Assembly: GCA_963751345.1 (NCBI GenBank)
Contig: CAVVUS010000011.1
Coordinates: 128,001-192,000, forward strand
Length of the DNA stretch: 64,000 nt
Origin: an uncultured Chloroflexia bacterium
GTDB taxonomy: Bacteria > Chloroflexota > Anaerolineae > B4-G1 > SLSP01
Direction of reading: 5' to 3'
Shown here in pieces: positions 44,116 through 53,206 of the stretch (positions are counted from its first letter, which is position 1; the number at the start of each line of letters is the position of its first letter). The position numbers and the translations under genes are program-made. The notes beneath the pieces are model-generated. The model was not told the origin of the DNA. It ran no database searches and worked only from the letters and a program-made list of their open reading frames with translations.

Positions 44116-44924
44116 CCGCACTGGTTCACCACTTTGCTTTTGAGTTCAAGACGGGGCTGCGGAACTCCACCCTGCTCTTGATGAACTATCTCTTCCCACT
44201 CGCTTTCTACGCGATGATGGGGTTGGTGATGGCGCAGATCAACCCCACCTTCACCGAATCGATGATTCCGGCGATGGTGCTCTTCGCGGCAATGGCCAGC
44301 ACGCTGCTGGGGCTGCCCGGCCCGCTCGTCGAATTCCGCGAGGCCGGGATCTTTCGCAGCTTCCGGATCAACGGCGTGCCCGCCGTCTCGATCCTGCTGA
44401 TGCCCGCGCTGACGACCGCGTTCCACGTGCTGATCGTGGCGTTGATCATCGCCGTCACGGGCCATCCGCTGTTCGGTGGCGTGAATCCTACGAACTGGGG
44501 GGCGTTTGCCCTGATCACGCTGCTCTCGGTCTTCACCTTCACCGGGTTCGGTGCCTTGATCGGCGTCATCGCACGCGACTCGCGGGGTGTGGTCCTGCTC
44601 TCGCAGGCGATCTTCCTTCCCTCGATGCTGTTGGGCGGGTTGATGGTGCCGATGAGCATCATGCCGGAATCCGTGCGCCCGGTCGCGTTGTTGATGCCTG
44701 CCTCGCACGCGATGCAGGCTTACCAGGGCTTTGCCTACGGGGGAGCGACTGTGCTGCCGCCGATGGTCTCGGTCGCGGTGCTGGCCTCCAGCGGCATCCT
44801 GGCCTTTGCCCTGGCGATCTACCTCTTCAACTGGGACAGCCGCAACAGCGCGCGGCGGGGTCACCCGTTGATGGCGCTGCTCGCACTGGCGCCGTACGTC
44901 GTGGCGATCGTGACGCAGCTGTAG
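44112..44924 (+). CDS. ABC-2 type exporter permease
   Basis: Six or more TMs; REAGIFR, LLGGLMVP..MP; overlaps the ATPase stop. Confidence 0.88.
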   Translation: MTALVHHFAFEFKTGLRNSTLLLMNYLFPLAFYAMMGLVMAQINPTFTESMIPAMVLFAAMASTLLGLPGPLVEFREAGIFRSFRINGVPAVSILLMPALTTAFHVLIVALIIAVTGHPLFGGVNPTNWGAFALITLLSVFTFTGFGALIGVIARDSRGVVLLSQAIFLPSMLLGGLMVPMSIMPESVRPVALLMPASHAMQAYQGFAYGGATVLPPMVSVAVLASSGILAFALAIYLFNWDSRNSARRGHPLMALLALAPYVVAIVTQL

Positions 44925-44934
44925 CGATACCAGA

Positions 44935-44995
44935 AGACCTTTGAGGTTTCCCTCACCGAGCAGATGCTCTCTAGACAAGGAAACCCCAAAGGTCT
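44935..44995. repeat. REP-like long palindrome, family A (second copy)
   Basis: AGACCTTTGAGGTTTCC...GGAAACCCCAAAGGTCT; shares arms and internal CGAGCAGA with 10978-11040. Confidence 0.7.
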
Positions 44996-45011
44996 CATAG
45001 TCGCCATCGGA

Positions 45012-45540
45012 ATGCCCACGTCACCTGATCCCTCGCTCCTGGCGCGTCTGGACGCCGGGATGGCCTATCGGCTCACGCTGCTCATCGCGCCGGCAGGCGA
45101 TGGGGCAGAGGCCCCGGCAGAGACGGATCGCCTGCTGCACGACTGGATAGCCCGTGCGCAGTGGCCGGTCTATCGTATCGTGTTGGCCTCGCGCCATAGC
45201 GATCCCGATCTGTTCTGTCACGACCTCGCGGCGAAGCTCGCGCCGGTCACCGGGCCGCTGGAGCTGGACGGATTGCCGCCGGAAGCATGCATCGTCGAGA
45301 TTGTCAATGCAGTAGCACTCTCCGCGATCCCCGGGACCACGGAGAGTGCCTACGGACTTTGCGCTCGTGCTCGACGGCTACGAGACGATCGACTCACTCA
45401 CCGTTCACGAGGCACTCGTCCTGATGCTTGATTATCTTCCGCCGCCGATGCACGTGGTCATCGTCTCCACCGGTGTGCCACCGCTGGTCAACATCCCCCG
45501 CTTGCGGGCACGCCGCCAACTGCTGCAGATCGCGCTCTAG
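45012..45540 (+). CDS. Stand-alone degenerate MalT-type nucleotide-binding domain (or remnant)
   Basis: RLTLLIAPAG, ALVLDGY, HEAL..MLDYLPP.MH, PRLRARRQLLQI align by eye with the N-terminus of 40221..43026. Confidence 0.65.
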
Positions 45541-46040
45541 CGGGTGCGGCCTCGATGCCCCAGAACGCCAACTCGCGGACAGCGGCTTCGACGAGTGGCC
45601 GTACCTCAGCCGCGACCTTCGGCGAGAGCGTGAGGCCCATCTCAAGCGTTGCCGGAACGACACCCAGGAGTACCAGCCGCTCGGGCGTGGTGCCCCTGAA
45701 TTGGCACATTGCGAGAGTCTCCTGGAGCCCAACCTGGTGCATCGAGATCTTGAGGGCGACGACCGCTGGGATCTCCGCCCCCTCCAGGCGCACCACCGTA
45801 CCGGGTGGCGCGCCGGTGCGCACCGCATCGAGGAGCAGAACGGCATCCGCCGATTCCATGTAAGGCAGTAGCTCGAGGCCCATCACCCCGCCATCCAGTA
45901 GCGTGACGTTCTCAGGCCAGGTGTACTCGGCGTCAAGGTGCTCGAGCACCTTGACGCCGACGCCCTCATCCTGCATCAGTGTGTTGCCGAGGCCCAGAAC
46001 CAGCACGCGTTCCGGGCCATCCGCGACGCTTGCTCTCTCG
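45488..46040 (-). CDS. Hydrogenase maturation protease (HyaD/HybD family; start approximate)
   Basis: LGLGNTLMQDEGVGV, LDGG, LLDA, SMHQVG. Confidence 0.9.
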
Positions 46041-46043
46041 ATG

Positions 46044-47852
46044 TCAGGGCACGATTTCAACTCTGGTGACCTCGTTGTGTTCCGTATCCACGATGTGAAC
46101 AGCACAAGCCATACACGGATCGAAGGAGTGGATGGTGCGGATCACCTCCAGTGGCTGGCTCGGATCCGCGACGGGCGTGCCGATGAGCGCCTCCTCCCAC
46201 ACGCCCCGCCGGCCTATGGCATCACGTGGGGAACCGTTCCACGTCGACGGCACGACCGCCTGGTAGTTCTCGATCTTGCCGTTCTGGATGTTGATCCAGT
46301 GGCCCAGGGCACCCCGCGGAGCCTCTGTGGTTCCCCATCCGCTTGCCTGATTTGGCCACGTACTGGGGTCCCATGACGTCCCACTATGTATTGCGAGATC
46401 GCCGCTGTTCATGTTGGCCTCGAGTTCGTTGATCCAGGTGGCCATCCGTTCGGATACCAGCAGCGTCTCGACACCTCGCGCCGCCGTGCGGCCAAGGGTC
46501 GAGAAAAGGGCTTCCGGCCCGACGTTGAGCGCGGTAAGCACCGAATCGATCACCTGCCGGGTGCGGTTATGTCCGGCGGCATAGGCGACGACCATGCGGG
46601 CGAGCGGCCCGACCTCCATCGGCAGGCCGTCGTAGCGCGGGGCCTTGATCCATGAGTATTTGTCATCGGTGTTCAGGAACTCGTAGGGGGGCTGCGGCCC
46701 GGTGAAGTTGGGCTGCGTCTCGCCCTGCGACGGATGTTTGCCCTCCCCATCGCCACCGGTGTAGCTGTACCAGGAGTGGGTCACGTACTCCTCGATCAAC
46801 TGCTGATCGAGTTGCTCCGGCGGGGCGCTCAGATTCTTGTTGCGGACGACGCCGCGAGGCAGCCAGAGCGAGGCGGGGTCGTTCCCCGTCGCGTCGGGGA
46901 AGTCGCCATAGGCCATGTAGTTGCCCACGCCCTCACCAATTGCCGCCCAGTCCTTGTAGAAGGAGGCGACTGCCAGGAGGTCGGGAACGTACACTTGCTG
47001 CACGAAGTCGAGGCCCTGCTGCGCCCACGCTCGCAGCGCCGCGATGCGCGCCGGATTGACGGCGACCTCGCTTGCCGGATCCACGGGCATCGCCATACCG
47101 CCTACCAGGTAGGTCTGCGGATGGGGGTTCTTGCCACCCAACATCGCGTGGATCTTGATGTACTCGTGCTGCCAGTCGAGCGCCTCCAGATAGTGAGCCA
47201 CGGCCATCAAGTTGGCCTCGGCAGGCAGGTTGTAGGCGGGGTGCCCCCAGTAAGCATTCGCAAAGAGGCCGAGTTGGCCGCTGTTGACGAGCGTCTGGAT
47301 CCGTGTCTTCACCCCGCTGAAGTAGTCGGGCGACGATTTCGGCCAATCGGAAATCGACTGGGCAAGGTCACTCGTGGCCGAGGGATCGGCGTCCAGCGCC
47401 TTGACGATGTCGACCCAGTCCAACGCGTGGAGGTGGTAGAAGTGGATCACATGATCCTGTACGAACTGTGCGCCCTCGATGAGGTTGCGCAGGAGTCGTG
47501 CGTTGTCCGGCACGGTGATGCCGAGGGCGTCCTCGACGGCGCGCACCGAAGCGATAGCGTGGACGGTCGTGCAGACACCGCAGATGCGCTGTGTGAAGAC
47601 CCAGGCGTCGCGAGGGTCACGGCCCTTCAGGATCATCTCAAGCCCACGGAACATCGTGGTGGAGCTCCAGGCGTCTGTGACGACGCCGTTTTCGATCTGG
47701 ACCTCGATACGCAGGTGTCCCTCGATCCGCGTGATGGGATCGATCGCTATGCGCTGGCCCACCTGCGGAGCCGGCGGCGGTGGCACTGTCGGTGCCGGCG
47801 TCGGCGCAGGAGGCTGCCCTTTCTCAACTAATGGGATGTATATGTTCGGCAT
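46044..47852 (-). CDS. Group 1 [NiFe]-hydrogenase large subunit
   Basis: DPITRIEGH, L1 QRICGVC, HFYHLHALDW, L2 SFDPCMACAVH plus a cleavable C-terminal tail. Confidence 0.95.
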   Translation of the reverse strand: MPNIYIPLVEKGQPPAPTPAPTVPPPPAPQVGQRIAIDPITRIEGHLRIEVQIENGVVTDAWSSTTMFRGLEMILKGRDPRDAWVFTQRICGVCTTVHAIASVRAVEDALGITVPDNARLLRNLIEGAQFVQDHVIHFYHLHALDWVDIVKALDADPSATSDLAQSISDWPKSSPDYFSGVKTRIQTLVNSGQLGLFANAYWGHPAYNLPAEANLMAVAHYLEALDWQHEYIKIHAMLGGKNPHPQTYLVGGMAMPVDPASEVAVNPARIAALRAWAQQGLDFVQQVYVPDLLAVASFYKDWAAIGEGVGNYMAYGDFPDATGNDPASLWLPRGVVRNKNLSAPPEQLDQQLIEEYVTHSWYSYTGGDGEGKHPSQGETQPNFTGPQPPYEFLNTDDKYSWIKAPRYDGLPMEVGPLARMVVAYAAGHNRTRQVIDSVLTALNVGPEALFSTLGRTAARGVETLLVSERMATWINELEANMNSGDLAIHSGTSWDPSTWPNQASGWGTTEAPRGALGHWINIQNGKIENYQAVVPSTWNGSPRDAIGRRGVWEEALIGTPVADPSQPLEVIRTIHSFDPCMACAVHIVDTEHNEVTRVEIVP

Positions 47853-47884
47853 GGTATTTCTCCTTCTCGTCCAACTGTAATAGG

Positions 47885-48835
47885 TTAGTCGTCGCCATGA
47901 TAGAAAGGCGTCATCGTGTCCCAGAAATGGGGGTTGGTGCACCCAACGCAAGGGTGCCCGGATCCGATGGGCCAACTCGTCCCATCATTCCACTTGACGT
48001 CGTAGCAGTTGCTACGCGTCTCAGGCCCACGGCACCCCATCTCCTCCAAGCACCACCCCAGGCGGTGTCCTGCGTCGCCCCAGGCGTGGACCTTCTGATC
48101 CCGGTTGTAGTACTGCCTCCGCTCACAGTGTTCGTGGATCCTGTTGCTGTAGGCAAAGGTTGGCCGGCGGTTTCCGTCCAGGGCGGGAAGGTCGCCATAG
48201 GTCAGGAAGTAGACCAGGGCGGCCGAGATATTGACCACGTTGGCGGGACATCCGGGTAGGTTGATCAGGTTCGTGAGGCCGGGAATGGCACCCGCGACCC
48301 CTGTGGCGCCGGTCGGGTTGGGCGCAGCTGCGGCGAGCCCACCGTCGTAGGCACATGACCCCGCCGCTACGATAAACCGCGCGCTGGCGGCTACTTCCTG
48401 CAGAATGCTCACGGCTGTGCGCCCGCGGATCATGCAGAATGTGCCGCCGTTGGCGGTAGGGATCGAGCCCTCCACGATGGCAATGTACTCACCGGGATAG
48501 GTCCGGATGGTGTCGCTCAGGGAGAGCTCGGTGCCACCACCGGCAGGCGCCATCAGGGTCTCGTGGTAATCGAGTGAGATACGATCCAGGAGGAACTCGT
48601 CAACCGAGGGTTGCGAAGCTCGAAGAAAGGATTCCGTGTCGCCGGTGCAGTCCTGAAACTCCAGCCATACCACCGGGGGCCGGGGACTAGCTGCTAGAGC
48701 CTTGGCGATGTGGGTGATGCCGGTGCGCGGGAGTGCTAACGTCGCAGCCATCAGGCCACAGAACTTCAGGAAATCGCGACGGTCAATGCCGCGCTGTGCG
48801 AGCCGGTCAGCGAAGTCAAGTGCTTCTGTCTTCAT
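47885..48835 (-). CDS. Group 1 [NiFe]-hydrogenase small subunit with Tat signal
   Basis: DRRDFLKFC Tat motif; QDCTGD, GSCA, PGCP, HEHC, WCL..GC.GP, NC...WP...HPCVGC. Confidence 0.93.
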   Translation of the reverse strand: MKTEALDFADRLAQRGIDRRDFLKFCGLMAATLALPRTGITHIAKALAASPRPPVVWLEFQDCTGDTESFLRASQPSVDEFLLDRISLDYHETLMAPAGGGTELSLSDTIRTYPGEYIAIVEGSIPTANGGTFCMIRGRTAVSILQEVAASARFIVAAGSCAYDGGLAAAAPNPTGATGVAGAIPGLTNLINLPGCPANVVNISAALVYFLTYGDLPALDGNRRPTFAYSNRIHEHCERRQYYNRDQKVHAWGDAGHRLGWCLEEMGCRGPETRSNCYDVKWNDGTSWPIGSGHPCVGCTNPHFWDTMTPFYHGDD

Positions 48836-49021
48836 CAAGGTACCTCCAGTATTTTGGGTAAGGTTTTCCGACGTCTCGTGAACGGTATGTGGGAGCCGGA
48901 CGTGCCTACAGGGGCTATGTCGGGAAAATGGCCAAAAGGATACGCTGACTTTCAAACTGGTCGCTAACTTTGCGAAGGTTTGTGCATCGCAGACCCCGGC
49001 AAGGTCACGCCCTCAGCTGCC

Positions 49022-49073
49022 TTGACGTCCGGTCACTGTCAGATACACTTGTTATTGAAAGGAAGTATCATTA
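49022..49073 (+). promoter_or_regulatory. Promoter with a Fur/Zur-type box upstream of zur-znu
   Basis: TTGACG-N16-TACACT, then imperfect palindrome TTATTGAAAGGAAGTATCATTAA. Confidence 0.55.
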
Positions 49074-49082
49074 AAACGGTCG

Positions 49083-49525
49083 ATGCGTAACTTTCAAGCG
49101 TACCTGTCGCAGAGAGGATATCGTATCACGGCGCCGCGCAGCGTGGTGGCTGCCGTGTTGCTGGAGGCTGAGGCCCCGCTCACGGCTCAGGGGATCATGG
49201 AGGCGGGACAGCGATCGGCATAGGGCACTGGGGCTGGTCACCGTATACCGCACGCTTGAGCTGTATGAGAAGCTGGGGCTCGCCTCCCGTGTGCATCTGC
49301 CTGAGGGCTGCCACGGCTATGTGGCAACGACACCGGGTCACCGGCACGTCCTGCTCTGCCGGCGGTGCGGTCGATCGGTGGAGTTTGCCGGGCGGGGGGA
49401 TCTGGATGCCCTGGTGGGTGACCTCGAGCGTCAGACCGGCTATCGAGATCCGTGACCATCTGCTACAATTGTTTGGCATCTGTCCTGAGTGCCGCCGGCA
49501 GATAGGTGTGCCGGGACACACCTGA
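49083..49525 (+). CDS. zur: Fur-family regulator, probably Zur (frameshifts; full gene absent from the ORF track)
   Basis: GYRITAPR, LVTVYRTL, HRHVLLCRRC, FGICPEC; heads a Zn/Mn ABC operon. Confidence 0.75.
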
Positions 49526-49553
49526 CACGCTGACCCTTGGTAAGGAGACATTG

Positions 49554-50545
49554 ATGAGAGGCGGGAACCACTCGCTGTCGAGAGCCCTGGAGGCTCTGCT
49601 GCTGGCTGTATTGCTGATGTCGGGGTGCGCTTCGGCGAGTCCGGCGCCGCCGGCCTCGGGATCGACGACCCTTGATGCGCTCCCGACCCTGATTCCCGTT
49701 ACCCTTGCTTCCGGCGAGCGCTTGCGCGTGGTCGCGACCACCAGCATCGTGGCTGATGTGGTCAGGACCATTGCCGGAGATCGCGTCGACGTGGCCGAGT
49801 TGGTGCCGTTGGGGGCCGATCCCCATGATTTCCAGCCGACGCCACAGGATGCGGCTGCCATCAGTAACGCCCACGTGGTCTTTATCAATGGCGCGGGGCT
49901 GGAGCAGTATATGACGAGGCTGTTGGCGAACGCCGGGGGAGACATCCCGGTCGTGCCGGTATCGTATGGAACGACGCTGCTGACGCTGCAAGGAGGGGGC
50001 GAGCGCCGCTGAGGACGATCCGCACATCTGGTTTGACCCCACCAACGTCAAGACGTGGGTGGCGAACATCCGAACGGCGCTGAGCGCGGTCGATCCCGAT
50101 GGCGAGGTCACGTATACAGGCGAATGCGGACGCCTATCTCGCCCAACTCGATGCACTCGACGCGTGGATTCGGGAGCAGGTATCCGCAGTTCCGGAGGGC
50201 CGGCGCAAGCTTGTCACGGATCATACCTTCCTTGCCTATTTCTCCGCGGCGTATGGCTTCGAACAGGTAGGTATGGTGACAGAAGGGAGCAGTACTCTGT
50301 CACAACCCTCCGCACAGGAACTGGCGTCGCTGGAGGATGCGATCCGAGCGCAAGGGGTCGCGGCGATCTTTGTCGGAACCACGGTCGATCCCAGAATAGC
50401 CCAGCAGATAGCGCAAGACGTGGGCATCCAAGTGGTACCCCTGTACACCGGCTCGTTGAGCGATCCTGCCGGTCCGGCAGGGAGCTATCTCGACTTTATG
50501 AGATATGATGTCGGCCAGGTCGTGAAGGCACTGCAATCGAACTAG
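49554..50545 (+). CDS. znuA: Zn/Mn ABC transporter substrate-binding lipoprotein (frameshifts near 50005 and 50115)
   Basis: Lipobox MSGC; VVATTSI, DPHDFQP, NGAGLE, DPHIWFDP, LVTDH. Confidence 0.85.
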
Positions 50546-51408
50546 TGCAAAATGATAGGCGAGTCGATAAGCTTGGCGGAGGGTATGAACGCATGCTGAC
50601 GGGACTGGGATTCATCAAACCCGCTGTACACACCGAGGGCGCCGATATGCTGGCGATCTCCGACCTCACGGTTAGCTACAACGGTGCGCCGGCGCTGAGC
50701 CACGTATCGTTTGAGCTGGAGAGAGGGGAGCGAGTTGCTGTCGTTGGCCCGAACGGCGCGGGCAAGAGCACGCTTTTCAAGGTCATCGCCGGCGTTCTCG
50801 ACCCGACGAGTGGCGACGTGCGCGTCGCAGGCTGCAGCCCGCGCAGCCATATCTGTATCGCCTACGTGCCGCAGAGAAACGACGTCGATTGGTCCTTTCC
50901 GGTGACCGTGGAGGACGTCGTCTTGATGGGGCGCTTCGGTAAACTGGGGCTACTGCGCAGGCCAGGCCGAGCGGATCGAGCACTCGTCAGAGAGTGCCTG
51001 GTGACCGTCGGGATGGAGGACCTGGCTCATCGCCAGATCAGCGAGCTGTCCGGGGGGCAGCAGCAGCGTATGTTCATTGCCAGGGCGCTTGCCCAGGAGT
51101 CGAGCATCATGCTGATGGATGAGCCCCTGAATGGCCTCGACGTCTCCGCCCAGGAGCGCATCCTGGAAATCCTGGATGCATTGAAGGCGCGAGGCGTGAC
51201 CGTTATGGTCGCCACGCACGACTTGAACCAGGCGGCGGATCACTTCGACCGGGTTATGCTCCTGAATCACCGCCTGTTGAGTATCGGCTCACCGGCGGAG
51301 GTCTTCACGGCGGTACATCTGCAGGATGCTTACGGAGGGACGCTTCGGCTTGTTGAGACCGAGGACGGCGTGATGGTGTTGAGCGACACGTGTTGTGGGG
51401 GGGACTGA
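50545..51408 (+). CDS. znuC: Zn/Mn ABC transporter ATPase (true start may be 50593 or 50647)
   Basis: GPNGAGKST, YVPQR..VDWSFP, LSGGQQQR, DEP, THD. Confidence 0.88.
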   Translation: MQNDRRVDKLGGGYERMLTGLGFIKPAVHTEGADMLAISDLTVSYNGAPALSHVSFELERGERVAVVGPNGAGKSTLFKVIAGVLDPTSGDVRVAGCSPRSHICIAYVPQRNDVDWSFPVTVEDVVLMGRFGKLGLLRRPGRADRALVRECLVTVGMEDLAHRQISELSGGQQQRMFIARALAQESSIMLMDEPLNGLDVSAQERILEILDALKARGVTVMVATHDLNQAADHFDRVMLLNHRLLSIGSPAEVFTAVHLQDAYGGTLRLVETEDGVMVLSDTCCGGD

Positions 51409-51410
51409 GG

Positions 51411-52280
51411 ATGGCACAGGTGCTTGAGGTTCTGATCGCCCCGCTGCGCTATCCCTTTATGGTTCGCGGGATCGCTGCGGCTGTCATGGTCGGCATCGTC
51501 TGTGCGATGGTGGGCACGTACATGGTGCTGCGCGGCATGGCTTTCCTGGGCGATGCCATAGCGCACTCGATACTCCCGGGCATCGCCATCGGGTATATCG
51601 TCAGTGGGGGCGCCCGGCAGCCCATCTTCTGGTGGGGGATGGGGACCGGGGTGCTGACGGCTATTGGGATTGGGGCCGTGGGCAAGGGCGCGCAGGTGAA
51701 GGGGGATACGGCCATCGGCATCATCTTCTCCGGCATGTTTGCCCTCGGCATCGCCCTGATCTCTACGATGCGCAGCTATGCGGTGGATCTCTCTCACTTT
51801 CTTTTCGGTGACGTGCTCGGCGTTTCCCAGGCAGACCTTTGGCTCACCGCGGCCCTTGCCGCGCTGGTTTTTCTGGTCATCTTCGTCTTCTACAAAGAGT
51901 TCCTGGTGCTCTCCTTTGACCCGATTCTCGCGGAGACGCTGCGCTTTCCCTCGGGCTTTCTGCACTACCTGCTGCTGGTCCTGATCGCGCTGACCATCGT
52001 CGTCTCGCTGCAGACCGTCGGCGTTGCCCTGATGGTGGCGATGCTGACCACGCCTGCGGCGACGGCGTACCTTCTCACCAAGCGTCTGGCGCCGATGATG
52101 GTCATCGCCTCCGTAATCGGCGCGCTCTCCGGCGTTGTGGGCCTCTATCTCTCATACTACGTCAGCGTGGCCTCCGGGGCTGCCATCGTGCTCGTCTGTA
52201 CTGCGATCTTTCTGCTGGCGCTGTTCGTCGCGCCGCGTCGTGGACTGGTCTGGGGATGGGTCAGGCGCCTCAGCCACTGA
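51411..52280 (+). CDS. znuB: Zn/Mn ABC transporter permease
   Basis: GDAIAHSILPG, DTAIG, LFGDVL, SFDP, TPAATA. Confidence 0.9.
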   Translation: MAQVLEVLIAPLRYPFMVRGIAAAVMVGIVCAMVGTYMVLRGMAFLGDAIAHSILPGIAIGYIVSGGARQPIFWWGMGTGVLTAIGIGAVGKGAQVKGDTAIGIIFSGMFALGIALISTMRSYAVDLSHFLFGDVLGVSQADLWLTAALAALVFLVIFVFYKEFLVLSFDPILAETLRFPSGFLHYLLLVLIALTIVVSLQTVGVALMVAMLTTPAATAYLLTKRLAPMMVIASVIGALSGVVGLYLSYYVSVASGAAIVLVCTAIFLLALFVAPRRGLVWGWVRRLSH

Positions 52281-53206
52281 ATCCATCGAGGCTGCAGAGA
52301 ACGTTCCGCCGCCTCTACGGGTGGGTGGCTAACCGGCTGTACCACGAACTCGCCGGGGCGTACGAGGCCGTCGCCTGGTCCGGTGAGCCTGGGACGCTGG
52401 GATAGCTGGCGCAAGCAGGCGCTGGACTGCATCAGTGCCTCCGAAGCTGGCGGGAGCGCCTCGGACGGCGGGGGCGCCTCGGACGGCGGGGGCGCGGCGG
52501 AAGATCTACGGATACTGGAAATCGGGTTCGGCACAGGGGCGCTGCTGGTCGAAGCCGCCAGGCGAGGTCTCAATGCTTGCGGGCGCCGACCCATCGTTCG
52601 CGATGCACCGTGTGGCGGGGCGAAGGGCGCGCAGGTCAGGCGTGATACTGCGCCGCGTGGTGGCACCAAGCCAGGCGCTCCCGTTTGCCGGCGAGTCATT
52701 CGACGCGATCGTCTCGACTTTTCCGACGGAGTACATTGCGGATCCTGCCACGTTGCGCGAGGCAGCGCGTCTCCTGCGAGACCCGAGCGGCGACCGGCCC
52801 GGCGGTCGCCTGGTGATCACGGGACTGGGGGTTCGCGTCGGCGGCGGAACCGATGAACCGGTGTCTACGGATCTCAACGGAGCCTCCCGGGCGCCTGTTC
52901 GTAGCTAACGACTTTAGTCGTTCTGCTTCGGGCGTTCTGCACTCCATCGCCCCCTCTGGGGAAAATAGTAAGGTCGAGCCCTCGGATTGGCCCAGGGCCG
53001 CGGCCTTCAGGTTGGTGGCCTGGGTGGCGCGCCTGATCTTTGGCGGCGGCACGGAAGACGGTGTTGCGCTGTACGCCCGATTCGCCGAGCAGTCGGGCTT
53101 TGACGTCACTATCGTAGAAGGCGTGGGACCGGTGCGGGTACCGGTGCTGATCCTGGAAAAGCCGCTCTCGCTTGTTACTTCGGGCAGCGAAGGCGGTGAG
53201 CCGTGA
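52256..53206 (+). CDS. Class I SAM-dependent methyltransferase (frameshifted, with insertions)
   Basis: YEAVAW.VSLGRW..WR, LEIGFGTG, DPS..M, LPF..ESFDAIVSTFP, PGGRLVI. Confidence 0.7.
52449..52502 (+). repeat. In-frame 18-bp tandem repeat x3 (GGSASD-GGGASD-GGGAAE)
   Basis: GGCGGG(A/G)GCGCCTCGGAC units. Confidence 0.85.
52901..52922 (+). repeat. GTAG-type REP-like hairpin inside the methyltransferase gene
   Basis: GTAGCT-AACGACT-TT-AGTCGTT. Confidence 0.55.
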
